Of a DNA stretch of 64,000 nucleotides, positions 49,793-61,670 are shown piece by piece; positions within the stretch are counted from its first letter, which is position 1, and each line of letters starts with the position of its first letter. The DNA lies in assembly GCA_024137785.1 (NCBI GenBank), contig JAHRHZ010000055.1, positions 7,506,608-7,570,607 of the forward strand, read 5' to 3'. The translations under genes and the position numbers were made by a program. The notes under the pieces were generated by a model. It was not told where the DNA came from and ran no database searches. It saw only the letters and a program-made list of their open reading frames with translations. The stretch comes from Ginglymostoma cirratum. Taxonomy: Eukaryota.

Positions 49793-51224
49793 TGCTGATG
49801 ATGATCATATCCATGACACTCTAATAAGGTGAAATGGCTGTTAGGTGGGACTCCTGATCTACCCTGTGTGTACAAAGAAAAGCATATTGTCGAACTGTGT
49901 AGCTATGTGGTGCCACATTTGTGTGACTAGAGATGCAAATGCTTATGCTTGTGTAGGATGTATCTTTGTTCTATCAACCATTTAAAGTTAATATTAGCTT
50001 TAAGTACCACTTACCTGTTATTTTGTGTTTAATTGGCACTGTTTCTGATTCCTTCATTTGGAGTTAATTTGAGGAACTTTGGTTATTTTGGTTTCCTGTT
50101 TCCCCATGGGGGTTGTAACCACATGCAGGTGATTTCTATGAGAACAGCTGCCATCAGTAACACAGTGAGGTTTTCTGTGTCCTTTATCTCAATGGGACCT
50201 TCCACCCCTCACTACTGATTTCGGCAGCGATCCTGTTTCATGGCGTGAGCAACTGTCATTTGTGAAAGGAGTGACTGGCGTACAATTTTAATTCAAAAAT
50301 ATTTCTTTGCTTATTTACTTTTATCATTTAAATTACTATCTCACAATCACAAGCTGGACGGAAAGGACTAAGTTCGAGGCCTATTTGCACAGGCCCCTGA
50401 TTAGGAAAATATAGAACCCCAAATTAAAGGCTCAGGCTGATGAAATAAAGAAGAAATGATAAATGAACGGGGACAGATAAAATGGAAGACTGAAGTTTCC
50501 AAGGCTCTGTGCTGTGGCTTCGCTGAGGCTGGTGCTCAGCTAAGAATTATAAAGCATGTGTACCCCTGACTGCATGAAGTCTCAGAGGAGTTATCATAGC
50601 ACATCAAATTAAAGTCAAGCACTTGGAGAATGGTTTATTTAACAACAGCCTTCTTTGTGCTTCTTCATATGTTTGCTGAGAAGGAGTAGCCTCTCATCTC
50701 TGGAAGTTCAGTGTCTGGTTCCTTGCAGTGTCACAATGAACTTACATAAAGCATGAACAGGAAAGGCTGGAATGACTCAGCAGAATCAGAGACCATCTGT
50801 AGAAGGAGAAACAGAATGAACAGCTGGACATTTTACTGCCATACGTGATGGCTATTTGGTGGAAAGGAGCATTAAATCAGGCAGGAAGGTGATGGTCAAG
50901 AACACTGACACATTCCCTTCTCCATTTTAATGAATTCAGTGGTGGGAAGGCCCAGTGAAAGTCGGACACTGGTTTAGTATGTGAATGAAAAGGGCACAAA
51001 CCCTAATTGCCCCGATCAGAACAAAAAATTCCAACTTAGCTTTAGATGACTTGTGCGCTGGAGATTCCAGGACAGGGGCATCCTGTAGTGAACCTGCCCA
51101 GGAATCTGCAAATCCAGCAGCAGGAAGGATTATTGTAGAAAACACACAGCCTTTTACAGCACCATATGCCATATTCTGTGCTTTAAATGCCCCAGCGACT
51201 TGGGAGAAATGATGTATATATGAT

Positions 51225-51985
51225 AAGTGAGGGGGTCGGATGGAGATGGATGGGAGAGGTAGGGAAGTGGGTGGGTAAGGTGTGAAGTGGTAAATTGATA
51301 GTATGCCAGGTGTGTCAAGTGGTAAAGTGGTTTGTGGAAGAGAAAGTAGTGTGTCATGAGGGTAGTGCGCCAGGTGGGTAAATTGGGTAAATACCAGGTG
51401 AGAGAGAGGGAGAAAGTAGGGTGTGAAGAGGGTACAGCGCCAGAGGGATAGGATACAAGACAGGAGGAGTTGTGGAATGCCAAGTGTAGGGTAACGAGGT
51501 GCTAGGTAAGTGGGTAACTGCTTAGATTTTGGGTATCATTTGAGGGGGTACAGTCTGGTGGGTTGTGGTGTTGGGTCTGGCAGTATCTAGATCAGTTTGT
51601 GGTGAGGGTATTGTTGGGTCTGGGGACATTGGGTTGGTGATGACGTATTGAGTCTGGTGGGTTCCACGTTGCAGGGCTGGATATTGGATCTCGTAGGATC
51701 AGGGTGTGGTTTTGTGAGGTCCAGCAAGGTCAGATCAGGGCACAAGTGGTTTTGAGGCTGGAAAGTCTGACAGGGCAAGTAGTGGGACTCTCAGGTTGGC
51801 GTGGGGGAAGGAGGTGTTAGATGGGGGCAGATCAGGTCAGGGTGGCTGGTATAGTGTCATGTCAGGGTGGGATTGCCAGGTACAGTGGGGTTGGGGTTCA
51901 GGAATGGGGGAAGGTGATGATGGAGGGTGTCTGGGGAACGACAGTGGGAGCGGGGGAAATAGTTGTGGGGGTCAATGGTGAGTCA
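51225..51985 (+). repeat. G/T-rich low-complexity tract
   Basis: Strong G skew with degenerate GGGT/GGTG units; probably the interior of an old element. Confidence 0.6.
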
Positions 51986-53397
51986 CTTTTTTTTAAAATT
52001 GCAGTTAAAGTAGGTTCATAATCCTTCATTTTCTACTTGAGTAACTTTTAAGCTTGAGTGGGCCAGAATCCTTCAAAAAACGTCAAAGTTAAAGGTTATT
52101 TCTTGGAATTGTCCATCAGAGTTTTCAATTCCTTGGGCAAGAGGATGTGATCATGTTGGAGAGAGAGCAAAAGGGGCTTACAAGAATGGTTCCAGGGATA
52201 AAAACAACTTATATCCTGGGATATAACAGTGAGCCTTCAAAGGAGGTGACACGTGACTCTCTCCAGCTGGTGGGTGAGATCTATCACCTCTGTTAGAAAC
52301 CACTGAGCCTTTCACTTCAACAACTCTTAATCAGAAGTTAGTGACCTAGCTGCCTGAAAATAAATATGAAGCCGTGGAAGAGTTGGGGAAGCGAAGGGGA
52401 ATGTCCGTTACAGAATGGAGGAGAGGAGTGATTCAGTGGCATAAAGGTATAGCTATCTATCTGTGCTTTCCTAATCTCTAGCTCCTCACTCAAATTCTCA
52501 TTCCACATGTGAGTGATTGCAAGATTAACCAACAAAGCTGTTCATACGCAATGGCCACACCACAGTCACATGTGCCCTGGGATAATTCATACATTCCCTA
52601 TATCTGGAAAACCTGAATCCAATTTGACTGCCTCGCTGGATGAAAGCAGTCAATTCAACACAAACTGGGGATTAGAATGTAAGTTATTGGAGCTAACTGG
52701 AGAATTAATGTAGTGGTATTTACTTACTGGTTTTTTTAGATATTTTAATTAATCTGCTTAGACGTGACATGACAAATCTCTGGAGCAGGTGGGATATACT
52801 GTGAAATCCCTGGAAAGGGCTAAAGCCCACAGCAAGACCAATGGTTCAATAGTTGAGCTAAAAAGACACTGTGATATTACTGAGCTACACTAACCAGGGG
52901 ATTCACCCCAACCTGTTCTTTATAAAACATGCAAGTATACTTAAAGATAAAATCAACATTTGACAGGGTTAAGTGGCTGTGCGATGAAAGGATTTCTAGT
53001 CATATTCTAGCACACGTAGAATAAGACAGGCACAGTGACATGTTTGATTTATGCAGGCATTTTCGATCCTCTTTAATGGAGAATGGATTAACAGATGGGG
53101 AGGCTTTTACAACCTAACCTTTGTGCCACACACAGACACCATTTCATGATTTACCACATCTTTTTATTGAATTATGCAGATTTAAAATAAACGAGTTGCA
53201 AATAGATCTGTATCGTTCAACTAAATTGCTGTCATTATAGAGTACTTCAGCAGTGCTTTATTTGGGGGAGGGAAGTCAAGCAAAATTCTTGGTTGGTGCA
53301 TAAAGACTGAGAGTGGATCTTATCACCATCGTCAACTGGAAAAATGTCTGCCGAGGCTCAATCAGTCAGATTTGCTTATAAGTAAAAATAAGAATAA

Positions 53398-53520
53398 TTA
53401 AAAGAATATTCTGGGGATGCTGCAACCTGAAATCAAAACAGAAAATTCTGGAAATACTCCGTCGGTCCAGTAGTAGCTGCAATGAATGAAAGCAATGGCA
53501 GAATCTGACGAGTTCTGAAT
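53398..53520 (-). mobile_element. decayed PLE family-2 tail
   Basis: GGATGCTGCAACCTGAAATCAAAACAGAAAATTCTGGAAATACTC is antisense to 1935-1995. Confidence 0.55.
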
Positions 53521-53822
53521 CAGGCGGGCATGGTGAGATCTGTGGCAGAATCCGACAGAAGTTTAGTGAGGACAAGAACAGCTCGCTGCATCTTTTATAC
53601 AGCAGCCAGGCATCGAAGCAGGTTTCTTGCTAGGCAGTGGCATGCTACCGACTAAGGGGAATTATTGCTTGTTAAACACATGATTAAATGCACATCTCAC
53701 CTTGCTGATGTGCTGCTCCCTATCTTACCAAACACATCGAACTAACTAGATGTCAAGAATTGTTAACCTGAAAGTCACAGTAGGTACCTGGAGAGTTCAG
53801 CTCACCACTGGCTGCAAGGAGG

Positions 53823-54170
53823 TGGGGAGGCGATGACCAATGGTATTATCACTAGGCAATGAATCCAGAAATCCAGCTAATGTTCTGGGGACCATGGGTT
53901 CAAATCCCACCATGACAGAGGGTGACATTTGAAATCAAAACAAAAAAAAATCTGGAATTAAGAATCTACTGATGACCATGAAACCAGAGCTGATGGTCAA
54001 GATAAAACCCAGCATGTTCACTAATTCCCTTTTGGGAAGGATCTCTGCCATCTTGACCACATGTGACTCCAGACCCACAGCAATGTAGTTGACTCTCAAG
54101 TGCAGCCAGGGATGGGTAATAAATATGGGCCAGCAAGTGACACCCATATCCCATGAGTGAATTAAAACAA
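53823..54170 (+). mobile_element. tRNA-headed SINE (family of 36339-36701)
   Basis: GGGGAGGCGATG..., GGGTTCAAATCCCACC, ATCTGGAATTAAGA, tail CCCATATCCCATGAGTGAAT. Confidence 0.85.
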
Positions 54171-55399
54171 AATGTTGCTCAGCAGTGAACAGTACCTCAG
54201 GGCATGATCCATGGGTACCAGCCATATGTACCCTTCCTCAGTACGCAATATTGGCACAGGCAGAGGTTGAAAGCCACTGGCCAAAGAGCATGCACTGTTA
54301 CCTTCTATCTTGCTGGGGAAGAAAATATATGCAACTGTAGCCAGAGGGTGTGAGGTACGTGTCTCAACCTGTGAAGGAGGTCACTGCAAAACCCTCCCTT
54401 TAAAGGGGAAACAACATGCCACAAGAGACCCATGAAACATGCAGGACTCATTCCTGCAAGCCTCCTAATCCTTGGTGATCCTAATGCATTGGCGCCATGT
54501 CTATCGTACACTCCCCCCAGACATCACTGACCACTCCATTCACACCAACGCTTTCGGACACAGAGGTCTGGGAAGGAATAGGGGTGCAGAACGCATTGGC
54601 CTACATACACCTTATTCCTCTTGCTTGCACATGCTGCAGCAGGCTCTCAACAAGATATCAATCTGTGATAGATTCTCCATGGACATGAGGTTAGGGATCA
54701 TGTCGACCCCGGTATATTTGGGGTTACACAGAGTCTCAAATAGATAGATGTAGTGCAAATCCAATCAAATTTCTACAAAGGTGATACCGTATATGCAGTG
54801 TGCTGTCATCATCAGTGCTGTCAGCGGGTGTCTTTGACTTTCCCTCTCGCCACATTTTAGCATGATCCCAGGGTTGATAGCTGTTCACCATCTGAGCTGA
54901 AGGTTTGGACAGGAGACCCCAGCGTATTTGTGTCTGAACATACTCTTTATTTTTTCCAGAGACAAGTCGACCCTCCTCAGCTTGAACATCCAAAAGTAGG
55001 GATCACAAGCAACCAGGGTAGATGTGGAGGGATCAGTAGAGTGTCCTGAGAGGAGGCTTCTGAGGGGCCTGTGTAGGGTTTCTCCTCAGGTTGGGTGAAT
55101 CCTTGGCACCACCCTGTCTCCTTGTGAGAAAGGGATACCTGGACCTTTGGTTACAAGGAGCGATGACTTGGGCGCTGGAGTATAGGGATGTGTCCTTCTG
55201 TAGCAGACCCTGAGGGTGTTGGACCTGGATCTCCTTGGCAGCTGCCAACCTGATCATAGAAGCAGAAAGTTGATCACATGCTTGAGAGTACCTGGGTCAC
55301 CGTAGCATAGCTGCATTTGAGGAACTGTACCTCAGCTTTATGTTGAACCACTTTTCAGACTCAGTATTAAGATTTCCTCTTGTTTTGCTATTTCCACTG

Positions 55400-55680
55400 C
55401 TCCAAACCCATCTCTCCTGATCCTAATGCCTTGAACCATTATCCTTTTGTTATTTAATCCTTACTGTCCACCTGAGTGCGCATATTCCCTTTTGTGCTTG
55501 TCTCACATCTTACTACCCCTCTGCCCCACCTCTAGACTTGTTTAACACCTCTTATGTTTCTCATTTTTCTCCCCGTTTCTGAGGAAAGTTCTTTGGCTTG
55601 ATATTTTAACTCCGTTCTCCCTCTGCAGAAGCCATCTCACCTGCTGAGCATTTTCAGCATGTTCTGTTTCGATTTCAAAT
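55400..55680 (+). mobile_element. decayed PLE family-2 3' region
   Basis: Pyrimidine-rich UTR, then TTCTGAGGAAAG (dead HHR; GAAA lost)...TTAACTC...CCTGCTGAGCATTTTCAG. Confidence 0.55.
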
Positions 55681-56569
55681 AAAATGTCTGAATTGTCAAT
55701 CAGATTGAATTCAAGCACTGGGCTGTGTGCGCATTCTATGAGGCATGATTGGTTCACTGGTGAAATGATCCAGTTCAGACAGGCATCATGTGAAGTTGAG
55801 TTCCACCTGTGAGTGATTAATTGGAAAATTCACCTTATGGGAATTGCTCACCTTGACAATGACATAACACACAGGAGCACAGAGGTAAAAAAACCAATGT
55901 GAAAATACTTTGAGAATCTGGCTAGTCAGGTTGGTTTGGCAGTGGTGTTCAGAAAGGAAGTTGCTACTCCTGAGATTAATCATTCTCCTATTCTCCCAGC
56001 TTATTCTAACACCAGCTGCATTTCTATTTTTGATTATTTCTGTATGACCTCATCCTTTTTAAGTTGTTTTCTTCTGCATTTGGTCTTCAAAAATATCTGT
56101 ATATGAAATGTTGCAGCATTCCCCTGTGGCCTATGAGTAAACACACTATTTAATCATTATTAAATCATTGGGTGGAACTTTATCAGGTAGTGGAGGCTGG
56201 ATTGGAAGGTGACCTGAAACATCAAATTCAGCTTAAGGACACATGATGAAATAGATAGAATTCCTGCCTCTGGGCCAGACACTCCAGGTTCAAATCTCAC
56301 TCCAGGACTTGATGACCAGAGGAAGATGTGATTGTAGGATAGGCAGATAGTGGGAGTACCATCCGCAAATTCTTCCAATACGTGGCAAGGGCAGGTGTCA
56401 AGAACAGGAGAGATTCCAGCTCAATTGGGAAATAAATGACACATACTAATCCAACTTATCTAGTGTACTTCAACATGGCTGTTTGTTCTCTCTGGTCAGC
56501 TGTCTGAAATTGGTGTCCCTGCCATCACTATCCATAACTCCAAGCTACAGCATATTTGGGTTAGTGTTC

Positions 56570-57295
56570 AATAATATTACTGCTGTATTAGTAATCCATA
56601 ATTCCAGCTAATGTATTGGATCCCTGAGGACATAGCGGAATTTGAATGTTTTAAAAAAAGTTCCCTGGCCATTGTCAATTGTCGTAAAAACCCGACTTGT
56701 TCAATAATGTCCTTTAGGGAAGGCATCTTGATCTGTGATTCCAGAGTCACGGCAATGTGGTTAACTCTTAACAGCCCTTTGAAATGGGCTGGCAAGGAAC
56801 TCAATTGTACCAAACCACTAAAAAGCCTCAAAAGAGGGAATGAAACTAAACAGAGCACCTGTCAATGGCACATTCGGTCCTGCCAACCCTGCAAAGTCCT
56901 CCTGACCAACATCTGGAGGCTAGTACCAAAATTGGGAGAGCTATCCCATAGACTAATCAAGAAACAGCCTGACATAGTCACAGAATCTTACCTTACACAC
57001 AATATTCCAGCCAACAATATCTCCCTCCATCCTTGGGTATATCCTCATCCCTCCAGTAGGATACATAGGCAGTGGTAGCAGGAATAGGCTGCAAGGTGGC
57101 TGTGATGGGTGAGAGGTCAAGCCCTTGTGAATGTTTCACTGTACTCATGTGAGTATATGTGACAATAGACCAATCCAGCAAAGGTGGCAGTACTGTGATC
57201 AGGAGGGAATGGCCATGGGACTTCACACAATGACTCTGGTTCCTAAGATATTTCATGGCATTAAATCTAACACGGGCAGGGAAAACTCCTGCTAC
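56570..57295 (+). mobile_element. 5' part of a CR1-group LINE: SINE-like head followed by APE endonuclease
   Basis: 56570-56790 aligns by eye to the SINE body at 53840-54105; then VLLTNIWRLVPKLGELSHRLIKKQPDIVTESYL (APE N-terminus pattern). Confidence 0.7.
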
Positions 57296-58559
57296 ATATA
57301 TTGATTGATCTAACAGTATGCAGATAACTGAATGACCTAGCAGGTATCACCAATCATGGTTTGAATGGAAGTGCGACTTTACTTTGTCCACAATGGACAA
57401 AGCTGTAAATGTGCAGGATAGACTGTCTAGTCAGGCTCTAGTAGTTAGCATAGCTCAGTGACAGGCTCCCTGCTGACATGTAGACATTGATGACAGGCCT
57501 CTTCAAACATTCAGCTACGCTCATTTGATTTGAGGGATTGGATGTACTTATTAAGCTCCTTTACATTGCTACATTGAATGCCATTTCTAGTAATTCCGCA
57601 CTCTCAGCACCTTCACATTGTAAGAATCAATGACTCTGTTAATTCAGTTCCGTCTCAATATCAGATTCATTAACTGTGTGCTACTATGGCTCTCTCACAC
57701 TAGCAGACTTGTTAATGGCGTGCTACTACAGCCCCTTTGCACTGTTAGGACTGATATAATGGCCCAAGAGGTGTCAGGCAGCAGGATTGCAGCCGATCAC
57801 ACACTTCTTGAGCATTGTAGCTGAGAGGAATACGTTGCCCAATAACACAAGGTCAGCTCGATTACCTTTCTGGACATTGCCAATGTTTATAGAATGCTGG
57901 AAGTGAGACTGAGTATGTAAGCAGGACTATGTACATCGTGAGATTTTAAAGGAATGTTACTGCATGATGCAAATTGGAAGTGACATTTAGGGTGTTAGAA
58001 TTCCTGCTGCAGGAAACTCATTGAAAGGGGCAAAGGTCATCTTGCAGTAATATTAATTTGCAGTGCAATTTCTTCTATGGACTGAATGAGGAAACAAAAA
58101 AGAAACATAACATAGGATTAGACACCAACTGCCCCTGAGCCTGCTCCAACATTCAACGGGATTTTACTAAAGATCATATTTTAAATTATTTGTTTAGCTG
58201 GGGACAACATTTGAAGGAAGTCAGTTCTATACTTCAACTACTTTTTCTTGCAAATAAACACCTCCTTCCTTCTCTCTGGAATAGCTTGGCTCTCAGCCAG
58301 AAGTTCCAAAATCCTAAATTTTCCGCTAGCAGAAATAATGTCTTGCACTTAATTTTGAATGATCTGGGACGTGGGGTGACTATAGATGTCTTTTGTTTTC
58401 ACCTGAGGCATTGCAATGCCTCAGTCAATCGGAGACAGCTTATTAGCACCCTTTCCTCCTGGAGTATAAATTGTTGTGATCGATTGAAATTTGGCATTCT
58501 TGTGTTTGTCCTGATGATTGCAAGATGAAAAGTTTTGGCAATATGTCTGTCTTTTCAGT

Positions 58560-58810
58560 AATATTAAAATACTTTCTCTTTGAATTTGAATTCCTTTCAA
58601 TTTAATAAGCACCCCAATCAAGACATCTCTAAATTTTAGAGAATACAAACCTAGTTTATATAATCCTGTCTCATTACTCAATCGATGGATTCCTGCTAAC
58701 ATTGTATGTGAATTTGTGTAGCATTCCTAGCTGAGTTGAAACATCCTTTTTATGAACTGTACACAGTGCTCCAATTTTAGTTAACCGAGCATTATATAGT
58801 TGTAGCAAAC
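58560..58810 (-). mobile_element. old CR1 fragment
   Basis: Antisense LAGIHRLSNETGLYKLGLYSLKFR and LLQLYN. Confidence 0.65.
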
Positions 58811-59431
58811 TGTAGTCCTCTTTATAATACAAGGAAGATATTGCATGCACAATGTAAGATGACAATGCAAGTGTGCAAACATGCCACACTATATTAATGG
58901 ATCAGATTTCAATGCCAGCTGCTCATTACACTTACCCCACAGGCTTACAATGGGATTTTGTGCTGGAATTTACTCTGATTCATTTTGAGTCATTTTGAAA
59001 TAGTGCCCTCTGCAGGGAATCTGGGATCTGTCCGAACAGGGAAAGCAACTGCATAGTGCCTAAACTAATAGGTGAGAAGAATTAGTAATGAAGCATACAG
59101 CATCTGAATCAGGTCGTGTCAGTTAGAATATCGAATTCAATATCTAATCAGGTACAGAAAGTTAAATAAAGGGAAGAGAAGAAAAGATAGGATTTATATA
59201 AATAATAGGCAAAGACAGATAAAGCAATAAAAAGTGTAACTTGAAAAAGTTCTTCAAAAATAACGAACGTTTGAAGGAAATGGGCTTCACTATACTAAAA
59301 GCAGAATTCAGTACCAGAAAAATTATTTGGCAGCAGTTAAGACTTATGAAGCTGTTAAAAAGTTGTTTGGATTGGATCTGTTAGCAAATCATTCATGGGA
59401 TGTGAGCATCACTAGCTGGGGTCAGCATTTA

Positions 59432-60182
59432 CCATGATACCAAGATGGTGGCCGAGTAGAACGCTTCAGATGGAGTTTCTCCGCCATGCCCATTTCCTTT
59501 TTTGTTCTCTCTTTTCTCTTCTCTTTTGTGTTTCTTTTCCTTCTTTCCTCTTCTTTCTCTCCCAACTGCGGACTCCTGGCCTCCGATTCCTGGCCGTGAA
59601 CTCTGGCCTCGGACTCTCGGCCTTAGATTCAGTGCATACCCGGCAAAGTGGGTGTCCCTGCCTGGCGTGGTGGGTTTTTTTGGCCCAGCGTGGTGGTTTC
59701 TCAGCCCAGCATGATGGTCTCTTGGCATGGCATGGCGATCTCACAGTGGCCCAGTGTGGCAGTCTCTCAGACAGGCAAGGTGGTCTTTCAGTGGTACATG
59801 GTAGCCTCTCAGCCTAGTGTGGCCTCAGCATGGACACCCGGTCTTGAGGTGATTCCCCAACATGTGGTCCCACCATGGGACTTAAGAAAGCACTTAAGAA
59901 AGACTAATATTTGAATGTTCAGCTCTATTTCTTTATTTTCTACTTAAAACTAAGAAGGTCTGCAACATGTAACACTTAGCCTTATTTTGTATGTTTTACA
60001 TTGTACTATAATTACTGTAATGTTTAAGTTTTAACTTTGTTCTTTCTTTCTATCTTGTTCTCATGATTCTGTACCTAGGTACTTGTACCTAAGATGGCGC
60101 CTTGTGTGGCGATATTATACACTTTTTCACTGTCCTCCTGTACTTCTGTACTTGAGTTCACGTGACAATAAAATCAAATCAA
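59432..60182 (+). mobile_element. non-coding Rex-tailed retroelement with internal minisatellite
   Basis: Inserted in a LINE 3' end with ATTTA duplication (59427-59431, 60183-60187); ~20-bp repeats at 59655-59830; tail CTTTTTCACTGT...GTGACAATAAAATCAAATC. Confidence 0.75.
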
Positions 60183-60359
60183 ATTTATTGTGCTTGAGAA
60201 GGTGGGAATGAGTTGCCTTCTTCAATTGCCGCAGTCTATTCAATGTAAGTGCACCTGTAGTGTTGTAAGACAAGGAGCTCCAGGATTTTGATACAATGAC
60301 AGCGAAGGAACAGTTCCAAGTCAGGATGGTGTTCTTTTTCAAAAAAGTCACCCATGCAA

Positions 60360-61200
60360 TCTGTGACTAATGCTGGATGGGCGAACATTTATTGCCCGTT
60401 ACTAGTTTCCCTTGAGAAGTTGGTGGTGAGCTGCCTTCTTGAACCACTACAGCTGAGTGCTGTAGGTAAACCCTCAATGCCCTCAGGGAGAAAATTCCAG
60501 GATTTTGATCCAACGACACTCATGGAATGGCAATATATTTCCAAGTCAGGTGGTTGAGTTACTTGGAGATGAACTTGCAGTTGGTGGTGTTCCCCTGTAT
60601 CTGCTACCTTGTTCTTCTAGATACTAGCGGTCGTTAGTTCGGAAAGTGGTACCTAAGGATCATTGGTAAATTTATGCAGTGCATCTTGTAAATGGTAGAC
60701 AGTGCTGCTACTGAGTGGTGGAGACTGTGAATGTTTGTGGATGTGGTGCCAATCAAGCAGGTTGCTTTTCTCTGGATGGTTGTCTGGCTTCTTGAGTGTT
60801 GATACCGCTGCAGTCATCCAGGCAAATGGGGAGTATTTCATCACACTCCTGACTTGCACTTTGTAAATTGTGGACAGGCTTTGGGAGTCAGGAGGTTAGT
60901 CACTTGCTGCTGTATTTCTAGCCTTTAACCTGCTCTTGTAGCCACTGTAGTTATGTGAACAGTCCAGTTCAATTCAGTTTTTGTTCAATGGTAGCCCCCA
61001 GGATGTTGATAGTGGGGGATTCAGTGATGGTAACACCAACAAATGTCAAGGGGTGATGGTTAGATTGTCTCTTATTGGAGATGGTTATTGCCTGGCATTA
61101 ATGCGGCACAAATGCTACCTGCCACTTGTTAGACCAAGCCTGGATATTGTCCAGGACTTGTTGCATTCGGACATGGATTGCTTCAGCATCTGAGGAATCA
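60360..61200 (-). mobile_element. CR1-group LINE 3' portion
   Basis: Antisense QVRSVMKYSPFAWMTAAVSTLKK; 3' end shared with the 36339-type SINE. Confidence 0.85.
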
Positions 61201-61239
61201 TGAAACATGAATTTGTGTGACTTGTGAAAGCTGTTGCAG

Positions 61240-61670
61240 ATGGTAATACTCTCATACTTCTGCTATCCTTGTCCTTCCAGCTGCTTGAGGTCACACGTTT
61301 GGAAGTTGCTGCCTTGCATCTAGTAGCTGTTAGACTCTACTTTGTGCTGGTGGTGGAGGGAGTGAATGTTTAAGGTGCAGAATGAAATACCAATCAATTG
61401 GTCTGCTTTGTCCTGGATGGTGTCAAGCTTTAAATTGGATCTGCACTGATTCAGTGCATTCCATGACATCCTTGACTTTTAGATGGTGGGTAGGCTTTGG
61501 GGAATAGAGTTATGCACTACAGAGTTCCCAGCATCTGACCTGGCTGTTATAGCCACATTATTTATGTGGCTGGCTCACTTCAGTTTCTGGTCAATGATAA
61601 TATCCCCATCCCCTCATCTCTATACCCAGGATGTTGATTGACAAACTGCTGTTCAACTTTGTGGATGTCC
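61240..61670 (-). mobile_element. second, more decayed copy of the same LINE region
   Basis: CTGCTTTGTCCTGGATGGTGTCAAGCTT resembles 60760-60795. Confidence 0.75.

Noticed and set aside
17506-54170. tRNA genes
   Set aside because: The A/B-box sequences are SINE heads running into SINE bodies, and I found no intact cloverleaf
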